Part shown: positions 50,836 to 60,761 of the stretch, in pieces
How positions within the stretch are numbered: position 1 is the first letter of the stretch
How the letters are laid out: the number at the start of each line of letters is the position of its first letter
IMG/VR virus record: IMGVR_UViG_3300027822_000002
DNA: 64,000 nucleotides
From: a virus
Direction: 5' to 3' (one strand)
The notes under the pieces: model-generated
Databases searched by the model: none
Seen by the model: only the letters and a program-made list of their open reading frames with translations
What the model was told of the DNA's origin: nothing
Made by a program: the position numbers and the translations under genes

Positions 50836-52949
50836 TTTGCTGCTGTAATAGTTCTAACAGTAAAAGGTGTGTTGAAATCTAGAATATTAGGAAGAACACT
50901 ACCAGCTATGATTACAACATTTGTTGTATCTACAATTATGTGATTTGATCTCGCTGCATTCCCTGCATCCCCTAAATTAGACATCAAAACTCTTTGACCT
51001 ACAGTGTAATTATATTCTGTTGTAGTATTTTCCAGCCAGAGTTGAACATCCTCTGGCCTAGCTCCAAGGCCATGAGCTTGAGTGGTTTTAGTAGATATAG
51101 CGTAGGTTCCTAGATCATATTCAGTCCATGTCTCGCCAGCAGCTGTTGTCTGGGTTGTATTGTCGTTGAACCTAAGAGTTCCTACATTAGCAACTTCACC
51201 GTTCTGGAAATCCCATCGTGTAGCACTATGATCCCACGCTGCCCGTATCGTTGATCCGGAAATGAACTCCACATCATTTGCTTTACTTGCATGAGATTCT
51301 CCATAAAGGGTTAAGCCACCACCAAGTGAAGTAGTTGAACCACCGCTAAGATCGAGATTGCTGGTGGTAGACCCCCTGATAAGAGTATCAATACCACTTA
51401 ATGCGTTTCCTTCAAAATCCCAAAGTCCTGCACTGTTGTCCCAAGACATGTTAATGATGCTACCAGTACGGAATTCCACATCATTAGCTTGGGAGCCATG
51501 TGTGGAGCCATACAGTTTTATATTAGAGCCAGTGTCAGTTGCGTTGCCACCAGAAATTTCCAAGAATGCAGTGTCAAGATTTCTATATATCAAGTCCTTA
51601 CGCATTTGCAGGCCAACAGAGCCTGTTATGTCAGCAAATCTTGCGAAATCAACACCATCAACACAAAACGAAAGGAAGTCAGTTGTCCCTGTGTTTTCCC
51701 CGTACACACCAGTTCCATTTCCAGCACCGTCAGCGTCAACAGAAAATACTGGAGCAATAGCCGACCCTTGGTCATTCGCTTTGAATTGATGCCCGCTAGA
51801 TGCCTCAATATGACCAGAGACCACAAGCTCATCAGCATCCAAGGTCATTCTTGCAACACCAGAACTGGCATACCAAGTATGGATATTTCCACTATCATCC
51901 CATAGATATACAAGACTGGCAGATGATTTTATGTCAAAATCCAAAGCCTTAGTTGCGTGAGATTCACCGTACATACTTACTGTAGCCCCGAGGGCTCCGG
52001 TACTACCGCCACTAACAGTTAATCCACCTGCTGTATCCCCCCGAACAAGATCATACAAATCGGTGTTAATAGCTCCAACTGTGATTTCTGAATCAGAAAT
52101 CTGTAGCCTTTCGCTGGTGGCATTGTCATCAATTCCAGTAGATGTTAAAGCCCCGCATGTAAGAGCACCAACATTCGTAATTGCATTACTCTGGAAATCA
52201 AAGCTAGTGGTATTCCATTCAAGAATTACTGTGGAATCTTCTTTAAACTCTATATAGCTTGGCTTAGTGGCATGGGTGCTTCCGTATCCAACAAATCCAC
52301 CGCCCAAATCAACGGCATTAGAGCCAAAAACTCCTAATGCTCCAGTTGTTGAGGTGACCCTAACGATCGGGTAGACTGAAGTGTCATTGGGTCCAAGCTG
52401 TAGGGAAGCATCTTCAATACCCAATCTCTTGGCAGATGCGTTATCATCAATACCGTTTGTAGTAAATGCGGAGGTTATCGTTAGTGTGCCGGAAACAGTC
52501 CAGTTACCAGTAATTGTTTCGGCGTCATCTACTTTAGCTTCATCACCATCAACTACTGCAAAGCAATCTGTTCCATCACAGAAAACTTCTCCAACTTTAC
52601 CATTCTTGACGGCTACGCCAGTACCGCCAGATGTCTTAATAGTAAGATCGAAACCACCTGAGGTATTGTTTCTGACGATATAAGACTTTTCTACCGAAGG
52701 AATAACAATATTTCTTCCAGTCGTCAGAGTACCGCTGACATTGAGAATTTTCTTCCTTGCTTCGTCTGTAACGGCATTAAAGGATGTGAGAGTATAGTCA
52801 GTAGCGTCAGTGTGGGTGATAGTTGCAACACCACTGATCGCCTCTTCGAGAAGGACAAGATTGTCATCAGTGGTTCTTCCCCAAGTCCCACTTTGCTCCC
52901 CATCCCCGAGATTTTCGATTCTCAATCTAGTAGAGAATGTGCTTACCAC
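50805..52949 (-). CDS. tail fiber protein with four internal repeats of about 85 aa (YG[ES][ST]HA[ST]K...WD..)
   Basis: Repeated blocks YGSTHATKPSYIEF, YGESHATKALDFDI, YGSTHGSQANDVEF and YGESHASKANDVEF. Confidence 0.5.
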   Translation of the reverse strand: MVSTFSTRLRIENLGDGEQSGTWGRTTDDNLVLLEEAISGVATITHTDATDYTLTSFNAVTDEARKKILNVSGTLTTGRNIVIPSVEKSYIVRNNTSGGFDLTIKTSGGTGVAVKNGKVGEVFCDGTDCFAVVDGDEAKVDDAETITGNWTVSGTLTITSAFTTNGIDDNASAKRLGIEDASLQLGPNDTSVYPIVRVTSTTGALGVFGSNAVDLGGGFVGYGSTHATKPSYIEFKEDSTVILEWNTTSFDFQSNAITNVGALTCGALTSTGIDDNATSERLQISDSEITVGAINTDLYDLVRGDTAGGLTVSGGSTGALGATVSMYGESHATKALDFDIKSSASLVYLWDDSGNIHTWYASSGVARMTLDADELVVSGHIEASSGHQFKANDQGSAIAPVFSVDADGAGNGTGVYGENTGTTDFLSFCVDGVDFARFADITGSVGLQMRKDLIYRNLDTAFLEISGGNATDTGSNIKLYGSTHGSQANDVEFRTGSIINMSWDNSAGLWDFEGNALSGIDTLIRGSTTSNLDLSGGSTTSLGGGLTLYGESHASKANDVEFISGSTIRAAWDHSATRWDFQNGEVANVGTLRFNDNTTQTTAAGETWTEYDLGTYAISTKTTQAHGLGARPEDVQLWLENTTTEYNYTVGQRVLMSNLGDAGNAARSNHIIVDTTNVVIIAGSVLPNILDFNTPFTVRTITAANWKWILRVRD

Positions 52950-52987
52950 TGTCTTTTCCTATTCTATTTCCTATAATTATATAACAA

Positions 52988-55333
52988 CTAGTCTTTTCGT
53001 AGAGTTATACTCTTCAAGAAGTGTACAGCAGACCCTGTTGCTGTGGGATTTCTCATCAGTACACCAACTTTTTGTGATGTTTCACCGGGTGTAAAGCTGA
53101 GAATAAAGCTCTGATCAGAAGCACTATTTCCAACTAGTTGGTTTAGATTGTTTGTTTCGCCAACATCATCATTAATATTAAGCTCAAAAACCGCCGTGCC
53201 CGATGGACAATTTACCGTAAAAAGGATTTCAGAGTGAACACCGACAGAGAACCCAGCAACTACAATACTTGCCCCCGCAAATACAGCATCATCTGTCAGT
53301 GTAAGAGCGTCTTCAACAGCATCATAACCCAACGATGCATTGCCTTCAGTCCAAGTGCCTGTTGTATCAGTCGTGAAATCATCATCAAGTATGATAGTAC
53401 CTTGAAAGGTATCCGTGGTGACTGTCCACGTATCTCCCTGAGTTCTACCGACAAGAACATCAGCAGTGTGAACTGTCAGTTCCATGTCTCCAGTTGTCAA
53501 CCGTAACTGCATTGACTCTCCAGCAAACATGACAGCATCATCCGAAGTCCAATCAACCAAAACTCCGGTATCGTCATCAACTGCATTTGATTTTATGCGA
53601 AATTCAACGGTCGACCCAGAAACGCCAACCGCAAGGCCAGAAGCTGGAATGCTGCCCGGTGTAATTAGGTTTGATCTTACAACCGTTTCTTCTGCCGCTC
53701 CAGTTACATCTGTGAAAAGACCGGTAAAACTAACACTGTCATTAAATCTTGGAGCTGTCGTTGCGTCTGTATAAGTGTTTCCCTCAGAACCCGGAACCAA
53801 GTTTGTTGAATCTAAGCGTCCACCAGATTTAGGCTGGAAGGCTGCTATGACCTCTTGGATGTTTTTAAAACCAGTAAAGCTCGGACCAGCAAAAAGCTCA
53901 TCGTAGCTATCAGCTTGACCTGTGGTTGCGGGGTCAATATCAACATTATTCTGAATACGATCGGAACTGTTAAAACTAGAATGACCCGGACTAACGTTAT
54001 CGGCAATGACATTTCCAAAGACAGTATGTCCCATGGATTGTAGGGTCCGAATGAACGGATAGGCACTAGGGCTTGTATCCCAATCAGTATTTATTACAAC
54101 AGTGTTGTTGGCAATTGTAGAATTTGCGGAGTTGTAGATAGTAATTCCGTGACTAATTGCAGTTACAACAAGATTATCAACACACTCTACAGTGTAGTTG
54201 TTAAGAAATATGTCTTCTAGAAAAATGCCTTGGTAAACGTGTTTAGTCGGTATATTGTCGAATCTTCCGGCGTAGTGGACATTCCCATTGATTTTTAGTC
54301 CGGTAATGTTCGTTGCGGGCAATGGTTGGAAAAAATCACCGTGATTTGAATCCGCGGGGCTTGACAGGGGGGAGTGTGAAATATTTCTTGAATAACTGCT
54401 ATTATCTATATCTCCACCGGGAACAATAGCGTCTGCCCCCCAGTCATAAAAAACATTATCTTCTATAGTGAATGGTCCACCCGGCATATTGTAAAGACGC
54501 CAAGAACCCCTCATCGTGCAATTTGTTATTGTTACATTGGAGACTAGGGTATTCCCGTCCGAACCAAATATTCCCCTCCAAGTGTAAGAGATAATGTTTG
54601 CCGGATAACCAAACACTTGAACAAGCTCTAAAAGATTAGAGGCAATGTCACAGTCATCAAATGTTACATCGTCATTAGTGTCACGCCATAGCCATGCAGC
54701 ACCATTGGCATTGTCCACGCCAAGTTCGAATGGAAAATACATGTCAATGCTTTGAAAGCGAACACTGGTTAATGCGGTATTTTGTACTGATCCACTTGAT
54801 ACAATTCTAGCTTTATTATCTGGGTCTGCCGATGCTATTGTCCACAATGAGGTGTGAGCGCCATTCCACCACAGTTCAGTCCACGTGTAACTTCGACCAT
54901 ACCTGAACTCCATAGATTTCCCACTACGGGTAGCTACGGATATTGCAGCAACAGTGTCAGCCTCCGCATCACTTGATACTGTATAAACATTAGCTCTTGT
55001 TGGAATAACTAAAGTAAACTGGTCACTAGTTCCAAAGGCATTTGAGGCAGTACATCCCGTCCAAGTGTATACGGCATCGGTTACTAGTGCTTTGGCTCTA
55101 ATTCCATCACCGCTTACTTCAAAGTGATCTCCACCTACGGTTCTCGTGCCCAAAATTAGGGATGTTGGAATTCCTCCAGAATGCCACAACGCGCGATTTG
55201 CAAAGCCTGCCTGTGCTGGAACAGATGCATCATTTAATTGACCAAAACCCCCCGCCAATATCTGATCTCCAACATGTGGTTTTGTTGATGATCGGTCAGC
55301 TTGAGTGGGTCTAGTTGGGCTGAAGAATCCCAT
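52988..55333 (-). CDS. tailspike with right-handed beta-helix (pectate-lyase fold)
   Basis: Repeated N-x-[IV]-x-NN and N.T[IV].N rungs; a candidate polysaccharide depolymerase. Confidence 0.5.
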   Translation of the reverse strand: MGFFSPTRPTQADRSSTKPHVGDQILAGGFGQLNDASVPAQAGFANRALWHSGGIPTSLILGTRTVGGDHFEVSGDGIRAKALVTDAVYTWTGCTASNAFGTSDQFTLVIPTRANVYTVSSDAEADTVAAISVATRSGKSMEFRYGRSYTWTELWWNGAHTSLWTIASADPDNKARIVSSGSVQNTALTSVRFQSIDMYFPFELGVDNANGAAWLWRDTNDDVTFDDCDIASNLLELVQVFGYPANIISYTWRGIFGSDGNTLVSNVTITNCTMRGSWRLYNMPGGPFTIEDNVFYDWGADAIVPGGDIDNSSYSRNISHSPLSSPADSNHGDFFQPLPATNITGLKINGNVHYAGRFDNIPTKHVYQGIFLEDIFLNNYTVECVDNLVVTAISHGITIYNSANSTIANNTVVINTDWDTSPSAYPFIRTLQSMGHTVFGNVIADNVSPGHSSFNSSDRIQNNVDIDPATTGQADSYDELFAGPSFTGFKNIQEVIAAFQPKSGGRLDSTNLVPGSEGNTYTDATTAPRFNDSVSFTGLFTDVTGAAEETVVRSNLITPGSIPASGLAVGVSGSTVEFRIKSNAVDDDTGVLVDWTSDDAVMFAGESMQLRLTTGDMELTVHTADVLVGRTQGDTWTVTTDTFQGTIILDDDFTTDTTGTWTEGNASLGYDAVEDALTLTDDAVFAGASIVVAGFSVGVHSEILFTVNCPSGTAVFELNINDDVGETNNLNQLVGNSASDQSFILSFTPGETSQKVGVLMRNPTATGSAVHFLKSITLRKD

Positions 55334-55336
55334 TAT

Positions 55337-56077
55337 TTAAGCATCCAAGAATGTGCCAGTTACAGTTATGGCGCTATCCAATATAGTTCCTTCACTGTGT
55401 GCATCATTCCAGCCTTCAGATGTGTTACCATCCCGCTCATCAGCAGTCATTAAGCCGCCTAGTTTGACCGTTGCTGATCCAACAGTATCTAAGTCTGGTG
55501 GTGTCCCACTGTTATACAATGTTGCGGCGCTAAAGGTAGCGGCTCGATCAAGAATTACGTCAGCAACTTCGCCATCGATCTGGCGTCCATTGGCTGATCT
55601 ATTAAACAACATTGGAGAAGCAGACCTAAGCGTTCCAGTGCCTGCGGTGATAGTTGAAACATTCGCATTCATCGTAACATTGACACCATCAATTTTGATC
55701 TCAAGAGACGGAACGCCAAGATCAACTTGGATAAATAGATGGTATTGAGTTCCCGTTGAAAACTCTACGTTTGTGCTTTGAGAGCTGTAAACTGTTGCAC
55801 TGGCGCTATCCTTAATCTGAACGTCTAGCTTCCCACCACCATTAGAGAAAACTAAACACCCACCAGAGCTGTCACAGTCCAAAAATCTGGCACCGTTGAT
55901 CGTATCTGTTGTTAAATCAAACCAGATTGAAAATGTAAGCGCAGCAGAATTGGCAAACGTGCTGTCGAGTGCAATATCAGCACCATCAACCCCACTTGCT
56001 GAATTTGTGTCAATAAGATTCTGCGTATAGCCAGTCGTGACTGGGCCACCTACCCCCAACAAAGATAGATTGCTCAT
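55337..56077 (-). CDS. structural protein
   Basis: ORF. Confidence 0.4.
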   Translation of the reverse strand: MSNLSLLGVGGPVTTGYTQNLIDTNSASGVDGADIALDSTFANSAALTFSIWFDLTTDTINGARFLDCDSSGGCLVFSNGGGKLDVQIKDSASATVYSSQSTNVEFSTGTQYHLFIQVDLGVPSLEIKIDGVNVTMNANVSTITAGTGTLRSASPMLFNRSANGRQIDGEVADVILDRAATFSAATLYNSGTPPDLDTVGSATVKLGGLMTADERDGNTSEGWNDAHSEGTILDSAITVTGTFLDA

Positions 56078-56745
56078 TAGACAGCACTCTTGAAGCCAAC
56101 CATGGAACAGTACATTGTAGTTGTTGCAGCCCCAGCATCAAAATTCCATGCTGTGTTTGCTGTACCGGCTACAGGAACTGGAAGAGGAACAATTGCACCA
56201 CCATTTGCGGGTACAGGTATTGTTAACTTTGTAGTGGCACCATCCTTGATCTCACAGAATGTGTTTCCAGCTGATGTGTTGGTAAGCATAACTGCTGTCA
56301 GGTAGGTTTTCACGCCTGCCCCCTGAGCTGTAATGCAAGCTGTCGATGCCCCGTCAGTGTTTGATGCATTGCCGCTAACAAGATCTTCGAGTCCGCAGTG
56401 AGGCCGCGTGATTAGAACACCATCAATTCCTGCAAACAGATCGGTCCTGTCATCGTCTGACACTGCTGTCTGACTGGATATCCCAGTAATAGCTTTAGCG
56501 CCAATCTTAACTGGTTCACCACTGTCAACTGCACTATGAGCAACTTGAGCAATAGGATCAATAACTGTACCAGCATCTGTTACTTGTTTTACATGAAGCC
56601 CCTGAGCATCAACAGGAGCAATTCCAGCATTCAAGCTTGGATCACCAATAACAACAACCTGTCGGTGATTCCCGCTGGTTGCCTCTGTTCTTGTATCAAT
56701 GTTTGTTCCGGTTCCTGCAGTGACGGCAACCGCTGAGTCTGCCAT
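56077..56745 (-). CDS. structural protein
   Basis: ORF. Confidence 0.4.
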   Translation of the reverse strand: MADSAVAVTAGTGTNIDTRTEATSGNHRQVVVIGDPSLNAGIAPVDAQGLHVKQVTDAGTVIDPIAQVAHSAVDSGEPVKIGAKAITGISSQTAVSDDDRTDLFAGIDGVLITRPHCGLEDLVSGNASNTDGASTACITAQGAGVKTYLTAVMLTNTSAGNTFCEIKDGATTKLTIPVPANGGAIVPLPVPVAGTANTAWNFDAGAATTTMYCSMVGFKSAV

Positions 56746-57156
56746 ATCGTTTCCTTAAGATGAGTATGTTAAAGCTAGGAGCAACCCAATGGGGTTGCCA
56801 ACACCCGGAGTGGGGCCGGGTCCAGACGAGCCCTTAGCTCCAGTAAGAGTTAAGAGAAGGTCCATTTATCACCCCTCCACAAGACAATTAACTTTTGTTG
56901 CAACACCAGAATCAATAGTACAGTGTAAATCAGTCTTAAAAAGTATTCCGTCACTAACAACTTCTAGCGAAGAATCTTGATTGTTTGTGTTCACAGCAAG
57001 CTGCAAAAGTATTGATCCAGACGCTCCACCGTCTCTAAAAGTTAGATTGCCACTTGAATTTCCGCCTGTCCAGATTACCCCCCGAAGCCGACACCTTGTT
57101 CCGTGTACAGTTCCAGTAGCAGTAACTGATTCTGATCGAAGGTCGCGAGCACCCAT

Positions 57157-57585
57157 TTATTCAATCCTTATAATTGCATTAGTAGAGTCTGCTGTTGGGA
57201 ATTGAACTATAAAATCTGAAGCAGAAGATGATCTATCAAGTCCAAAGTCTAAAACTATTACAGCCCTATTTGATTTACTTGAGTTGTATATTAGTGCACC
57301 TCTGGCAGTTATAGTTGAAGCAGACCAAGTTGTATCTGCAAAATCCCCAAAAGCTATTACGCCAGCAGAAGTCGGAGTTACGTTCGTTAGGGTATTTCCA
57401 CCAGCTGTATATCCAGTACCAGAAACTTCATCTGTGGCACTATAAACAGTTGTTGATGCCCCAAGAGTTGCTGAGGAGGTGTAAAGCGCAATTTTGAATG
57501 TATCCCCGGAACCATTTGTGAAATCATGGGTTGCCGTTAGACATTCAACTTTAAATGATGTGCAGAGTGCTTGGGAGATCGCCAC
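57157..57585 (-). CDS. structural protein
   Basis: ORF. Confidence 0.4.
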   Translation of the reverse strand: MAISQALCTSFKVECLTATHDFTNGSGDTFKIALYTSSATLGASTTVYSATDEVSGTGYTAGGNTLTNVTPTSAGVIAFGDFADTTWSASTITARGALIYNSSKSNRAVIVLDFGLDRSSSASDFIVQFPTADSTNAIIRIE

Positions 57586-58028
57586 TATGAATTCTCCAAA
57601 TAAAATGCAGCTAATCTTAAGGTGTCTGGATTATCAGAAAATAACCCTAATCCAGCATTGCATTTAAAACACAGCAAACCGCGAACGTTTTTAGTTTCGT
57701 GACAATGGTCAATAGCAAATCTCTGTGTCCTAGAATTCCTAGGATCACTTGAACTACAAATTTTACAACTTTTATTCTGATTTAAAAGCATGTTTTCATA
57801 ATCTTCTGGGCTAATACCATACTGTGATTTTAGCTTACTTTTCCGCTCAATATCTTTTTGTGATTTACAATTGTTCTTTTTCTTCTCTCGAAATTTTTCC
57901 CTAGAACAAGATTTGCAACATGAAAGAAAGCTTCCTGTTCTTGGACCGGTCTTTCTCACACTCCAATCTCCACCTCCAACAAAGGTTTTGCATTGAGGGC
58001 ATTTTCTAAGGTCTTCGACTATTGCCAT
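57585..58028 (-). CDS. second endonuclease VII homolog
   Basis: DHCHETKNVRGLLCFKCNAGLG motif. Confidence 0.7.
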   Translation of the reverse strand: MAIVEDLRKCPQCKTFVGGGDWSVRKTGPRTGSFLSCCKSCSREKFREKKKNNCKSQKDIERKSKLKSQYGISPEDYENMLLNQNKSCKICSSSDPRNSRTQRFAIDHCHETKNVRGLLCFKCNAGLGLFSDNPDTLRLAAFYLENS

Positions 58029-58050
58029 AGAGGAATTTTACCACAAATCA

Positions 58051-58674
58051 TTATATGCTCTCTATCTGAGTGTAGTATTCATCAAATGCGGGGCGATCTG
58101 CACCAAGCTTCCTGAGATCAGCAAGAGCTGATTGGAACTGGGCTTCATACATCTGCATAACCTCAGCATTACCCTTCATAAACCTGTATCCTTCTGTTAT
58201 AGTTCCATATAGAAGGGCATTTTCAGCATTGTCCCCGATCCAAGTTGTTGATGCGGTCACAATGGAAGTGGGCAATCTGTAGTATGAGATTTCTGTTGTG
58301 TAGGCAGCGTCAGGTATTGGGCCAACTAGGAAGGTTGACTCATCTCTTGAGGCATAATATCTCGGCCTTCCAGAATATGAAGACAGTGGGTATGCTTCCT
58401 CAATAAAACCCTGTTCGACTGGAATAAGCATATGACCTCTAGTCCCGTCGACAACTTTGAAATGGTACGGAGCAAGAAATCCAGTGGGCTTGGAGAGAGT
58501 TTTTGTACTGATTGTAAAAGAGGGCGTTGCTTGAGTTCTGAAGGCTGGATGCTTTGTACTACGAACAATTCTCTCTTCAGCCAGCCTGATAAAATCATCA
58601 ATATCAGCAACAAAAGTTGTACCAGCCTCTTCAAGATACTCCTGAACTCTTGATACAAGGGTTGCATAATTCAT
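58051..58674 (-). CDS. structural protein
   Basis: ORF. Confidence 0.4.
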   Translation of the reverse strand: MNYATLVSRVQEYLEEAGTTFVADIDDFIRLAEERIVRSTKHPAFRTQATPSFTISTKTLSKPTGFLAPYHFKVVDGTRGHMLIPVEQGFIEEAYPLSSYSGRPRYYASRDESTFLVGPIPDAAYTTEISYYRLPTSIVTASTTWIGDNAENALLYGTITEGYRFMKGNAEVMQMYEAQFQSALADLRKLGADRPAFDEYYTQIESI

Positions 58675-58984
58675 GATACAGACACCGTAACTGTCCCAGT
58701 TGAGGTTTTAAGTTTAGTGGACTCATGCCCTACAGGATTCCAACTCCACAATCTCCTGCTTTCTTCCTCCGCTTGATCGACTCTTGGATACTGTAAAGCA
58801 ATCCTATCTTCGATGTTAATACGTCCTATCTGAAGTTGCTCATGATCAATATCAAAACACTCTGGGCAAACCCTAAGACCGGTTTTCTTGAGGTTGACAA
58901 ATTCAGACTTCAGGGCGTGATAGTCATAGCGTTGACCACACCTGTCACAAAATCCATAGGCAAATTTACCGGCAGCGAAGTCGT

Positions 58985-59668
58985 TCATATCCTGTAATCA
59001 TCCCAAGACGGGACAATGCTCCACTGTGCTCTCTCCCTGTCTTCTTCTTCCGCAAGTCTAAATTGAATATCGTATTCTGCCTTGAGGAAGGGAACCTTCT
59101 TAGCTCCCTCAGGAAATTTCATTGCAATCTGGTAGGCAAGCCCCGCAACTAGAGCTGGAAGAAACCTGATTGGAACATCTTGATTAATCTCAGGATTATC
59201 CCCGACATCCTGCATTTGCCTTAATCTCCAATACACCAGTGTCTGATTGTTTAGCGTGTCTCCGGGGCGTGGATAAAGAGTTATGGTAGGAGCATCCCTA
59301 AGTCTGTTGATGTAATACTGGGATGGTTGTCCAGTTTGAGTTTTATTGGGGATCGAAGAGAACGTTGATACAGAGATTCTGGTGACAGTGTAATCGCTGT
59401 TGTTGTTTCTGATCACAGCTTCAAGAACATCAATTGTGTCTGCTGGGAGGGTGTAAGTTCCTGTCCCAGATAACAATGTGAGGCTCTGTTCCTCTAGAGT
59501 CCAGAGATTGATGCCCCTGTTGCTCCATTCAGTAAGAAGAAGACCAAGACTTCTTTTTGCCGTCTTATATGAATAACCACCCCTCATAGATACACCAGCC
59601 CTTTCAAAGGCTTCTTCTATGATGTCTCCAAAATCCAGATTAAAGGTAGTTGTTCCTGAAGTCGCCAT
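58985..59668 (-). CDS. structural protein
   Basis: ORF. Confidence 0.4.
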   Translation of the reverse strand: MATSGTTTFNLDFGDIIEEAFERAGVSMRGGYSYKTAKRSLGLLLTEWSNRGINLWTLEEQSLTLLSGTGTYTLPADTIDVLEAVIRNNNSDYTVTRISVSTFSSIPNKTQTGQPSQYYINRLRDAPTITLYPRPGDTLNNQTLVYWRLRQMQDVGDNPEINQDVPIRFLPALVAGLAYQIAMKFPEGAKKVPFLKAEYDIQFRLAEEEDRERAQWSIVPSWDDYRI

Positions 59669-60135
59669 TAGCCATTTTCACCAGCTCTGGTGCTTCTCCA
59701 TCCACCTGTATTAGCGGGAGTCTGGACTGGGGGAGTAGCATTAAATTGCGGTGGCGGAGTTGTTGGAAGAAATCCATAATCGATTTCTCCTCCCTGCCCG
59801 GCATATGGCGATGATGGGACAAAAGGCCCTTGAGCCTCAAGTGCTTGGAAGGGGTTTCTCAACGAACTCAATCCATACGAATTAGGCATCCCCGGAGTTT
59901 GAGTCGGAAATTGGAATCCGGGTGATGGAGCATTAGGAGTAAAGCTCATGCCCGGAACATCTACTGAACTTGACATACCCTGAAATGGGGTTGAGAAATT
60001 TGATAGGTTGGGAAGAGTGGGCGGAGTTACCCCAGATTGGGGAGTTAATGGAGCCGCTGGTTCTCCGGGCGCTTGCAGTTGAGTAGTTCCTTGGCCACCA
60101 GCCATATTAGAAATTCCTTTGGAATGTATGTTCAA
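59668..60135 (-). CDS. Pro/Gly-rich structural protein
   Basis: ORF. Confidence 0.4.
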   Translation of the reverse strand: MNIHSKGISNMAGGQGTTQLQAPGEPAAPLTPQSGVTPPTLPNLSNFSTPFQGMSSSVDVPGMSFTPNAPSPGFQFPTQTPGMPNSYGLSSLRNPFQALEAQGPFVPSSPYAGQGGEIDYGFLPTTPPPQFNATPPVQTPANTGGWRSTRAGENG

Positions 60136-60161
60136 GATGATACATCTTTTCCCTCATTCTC

Positions 60162-60392
60162 CTAGTTGCAGCTTTGCTTGTGAAATTTCTTTAGAGCTAC
60201 TAAGTCCCTTTTATTGAGAGTTCTTAATGCCCTAGCTTCCTTTTCGCTAAGCTTTAATCTATTCTTAACAAGATTCTCGTAGGTTTTGCAGAAATCACCC
60301 CCTGAAGTGGTGGCACATCCCTGAAGACCAAATACCCCAATAAACCCAATAACAAACAAACTAGCTGGTAAGCTCATCAACCAATTCCTCAT
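60162..60392 (-). CDS. o-spanin candidate (outer-membrane lipoprotein)
   Basis: Signal peptide ending GLQGC, later Cys residues; overlaps the i-spanin start. Confidence 0.4.
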   Translation of the reverse strand: MRNWLMSLPASLFVIGFIGVFGLQGCATTSGGDFCKTYENLVKNRLKLSEKEARALRTLNKRDLVALKKFHKQSCN

Positions 60393-60582
60393 CCGAAAGT
60401 TCTTCGACTTTTTCTCTTATGGACTTAGCAGCCTTTGCCTGTTTGGCAACGGCAATTAACTCATCAGCTAATTGTTTCTTCCTACCCTCGTTTATCCATT
60501 TACGTTTTTTACCCCACTCAACCCACCAGCCTATAATCTTCATACCAAGAAGCAGAAGAGAGAACCACTGTGTGGCCTTCAC
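60361..60582 (-). CDS. i-spanin candidate
   Basis: N-terminal TM helix plus a charged coiled coil. Confidence 0.4.
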   Translation of the reverse strand: MKATQWFSLLLLGMKIIGWWVEWGKKRKWINEGRKKQLADELIAVAKQAKAAKSIREKVEELSDEELVDELTS

Positions 60583-60752
60583 TCTGCTGGCTTATTGGCC
60601 GGAAAGATAAAGGTTGCAATAGCTGACAGAGCTACGGAGATAGCTCCGATAAATTCAGCAGACTGAAACTCCGCAGGCAACGCTACAACAGAGCCAACCA
60701 AACCAATAATCCCACCGACAAGTGAGCCAATAAACTTTGAATAATTTCCCAT
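60582..60752 (-). CDS. holin candidate (57 aa, 2 TM)
   Basis: Hand translation MGNYSKFIGSLVGGIIGLVGSVVALPAEFQSAEFIGAISVALSAIATFIFPANKPAE; its stop overlaps the i-spanin start. Confidence 0.4.
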
Positions 60753-60761
60753 GTCTTCCTC

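Noticed and set aside
51358-51905. Plus-strand ORFs inside the 714 aa fiber gene, and similar antisense ORFs inside the giant gene (37734..42835)
   Set aside because: They are embedded antisense in long, well-supported minus-strand genes.
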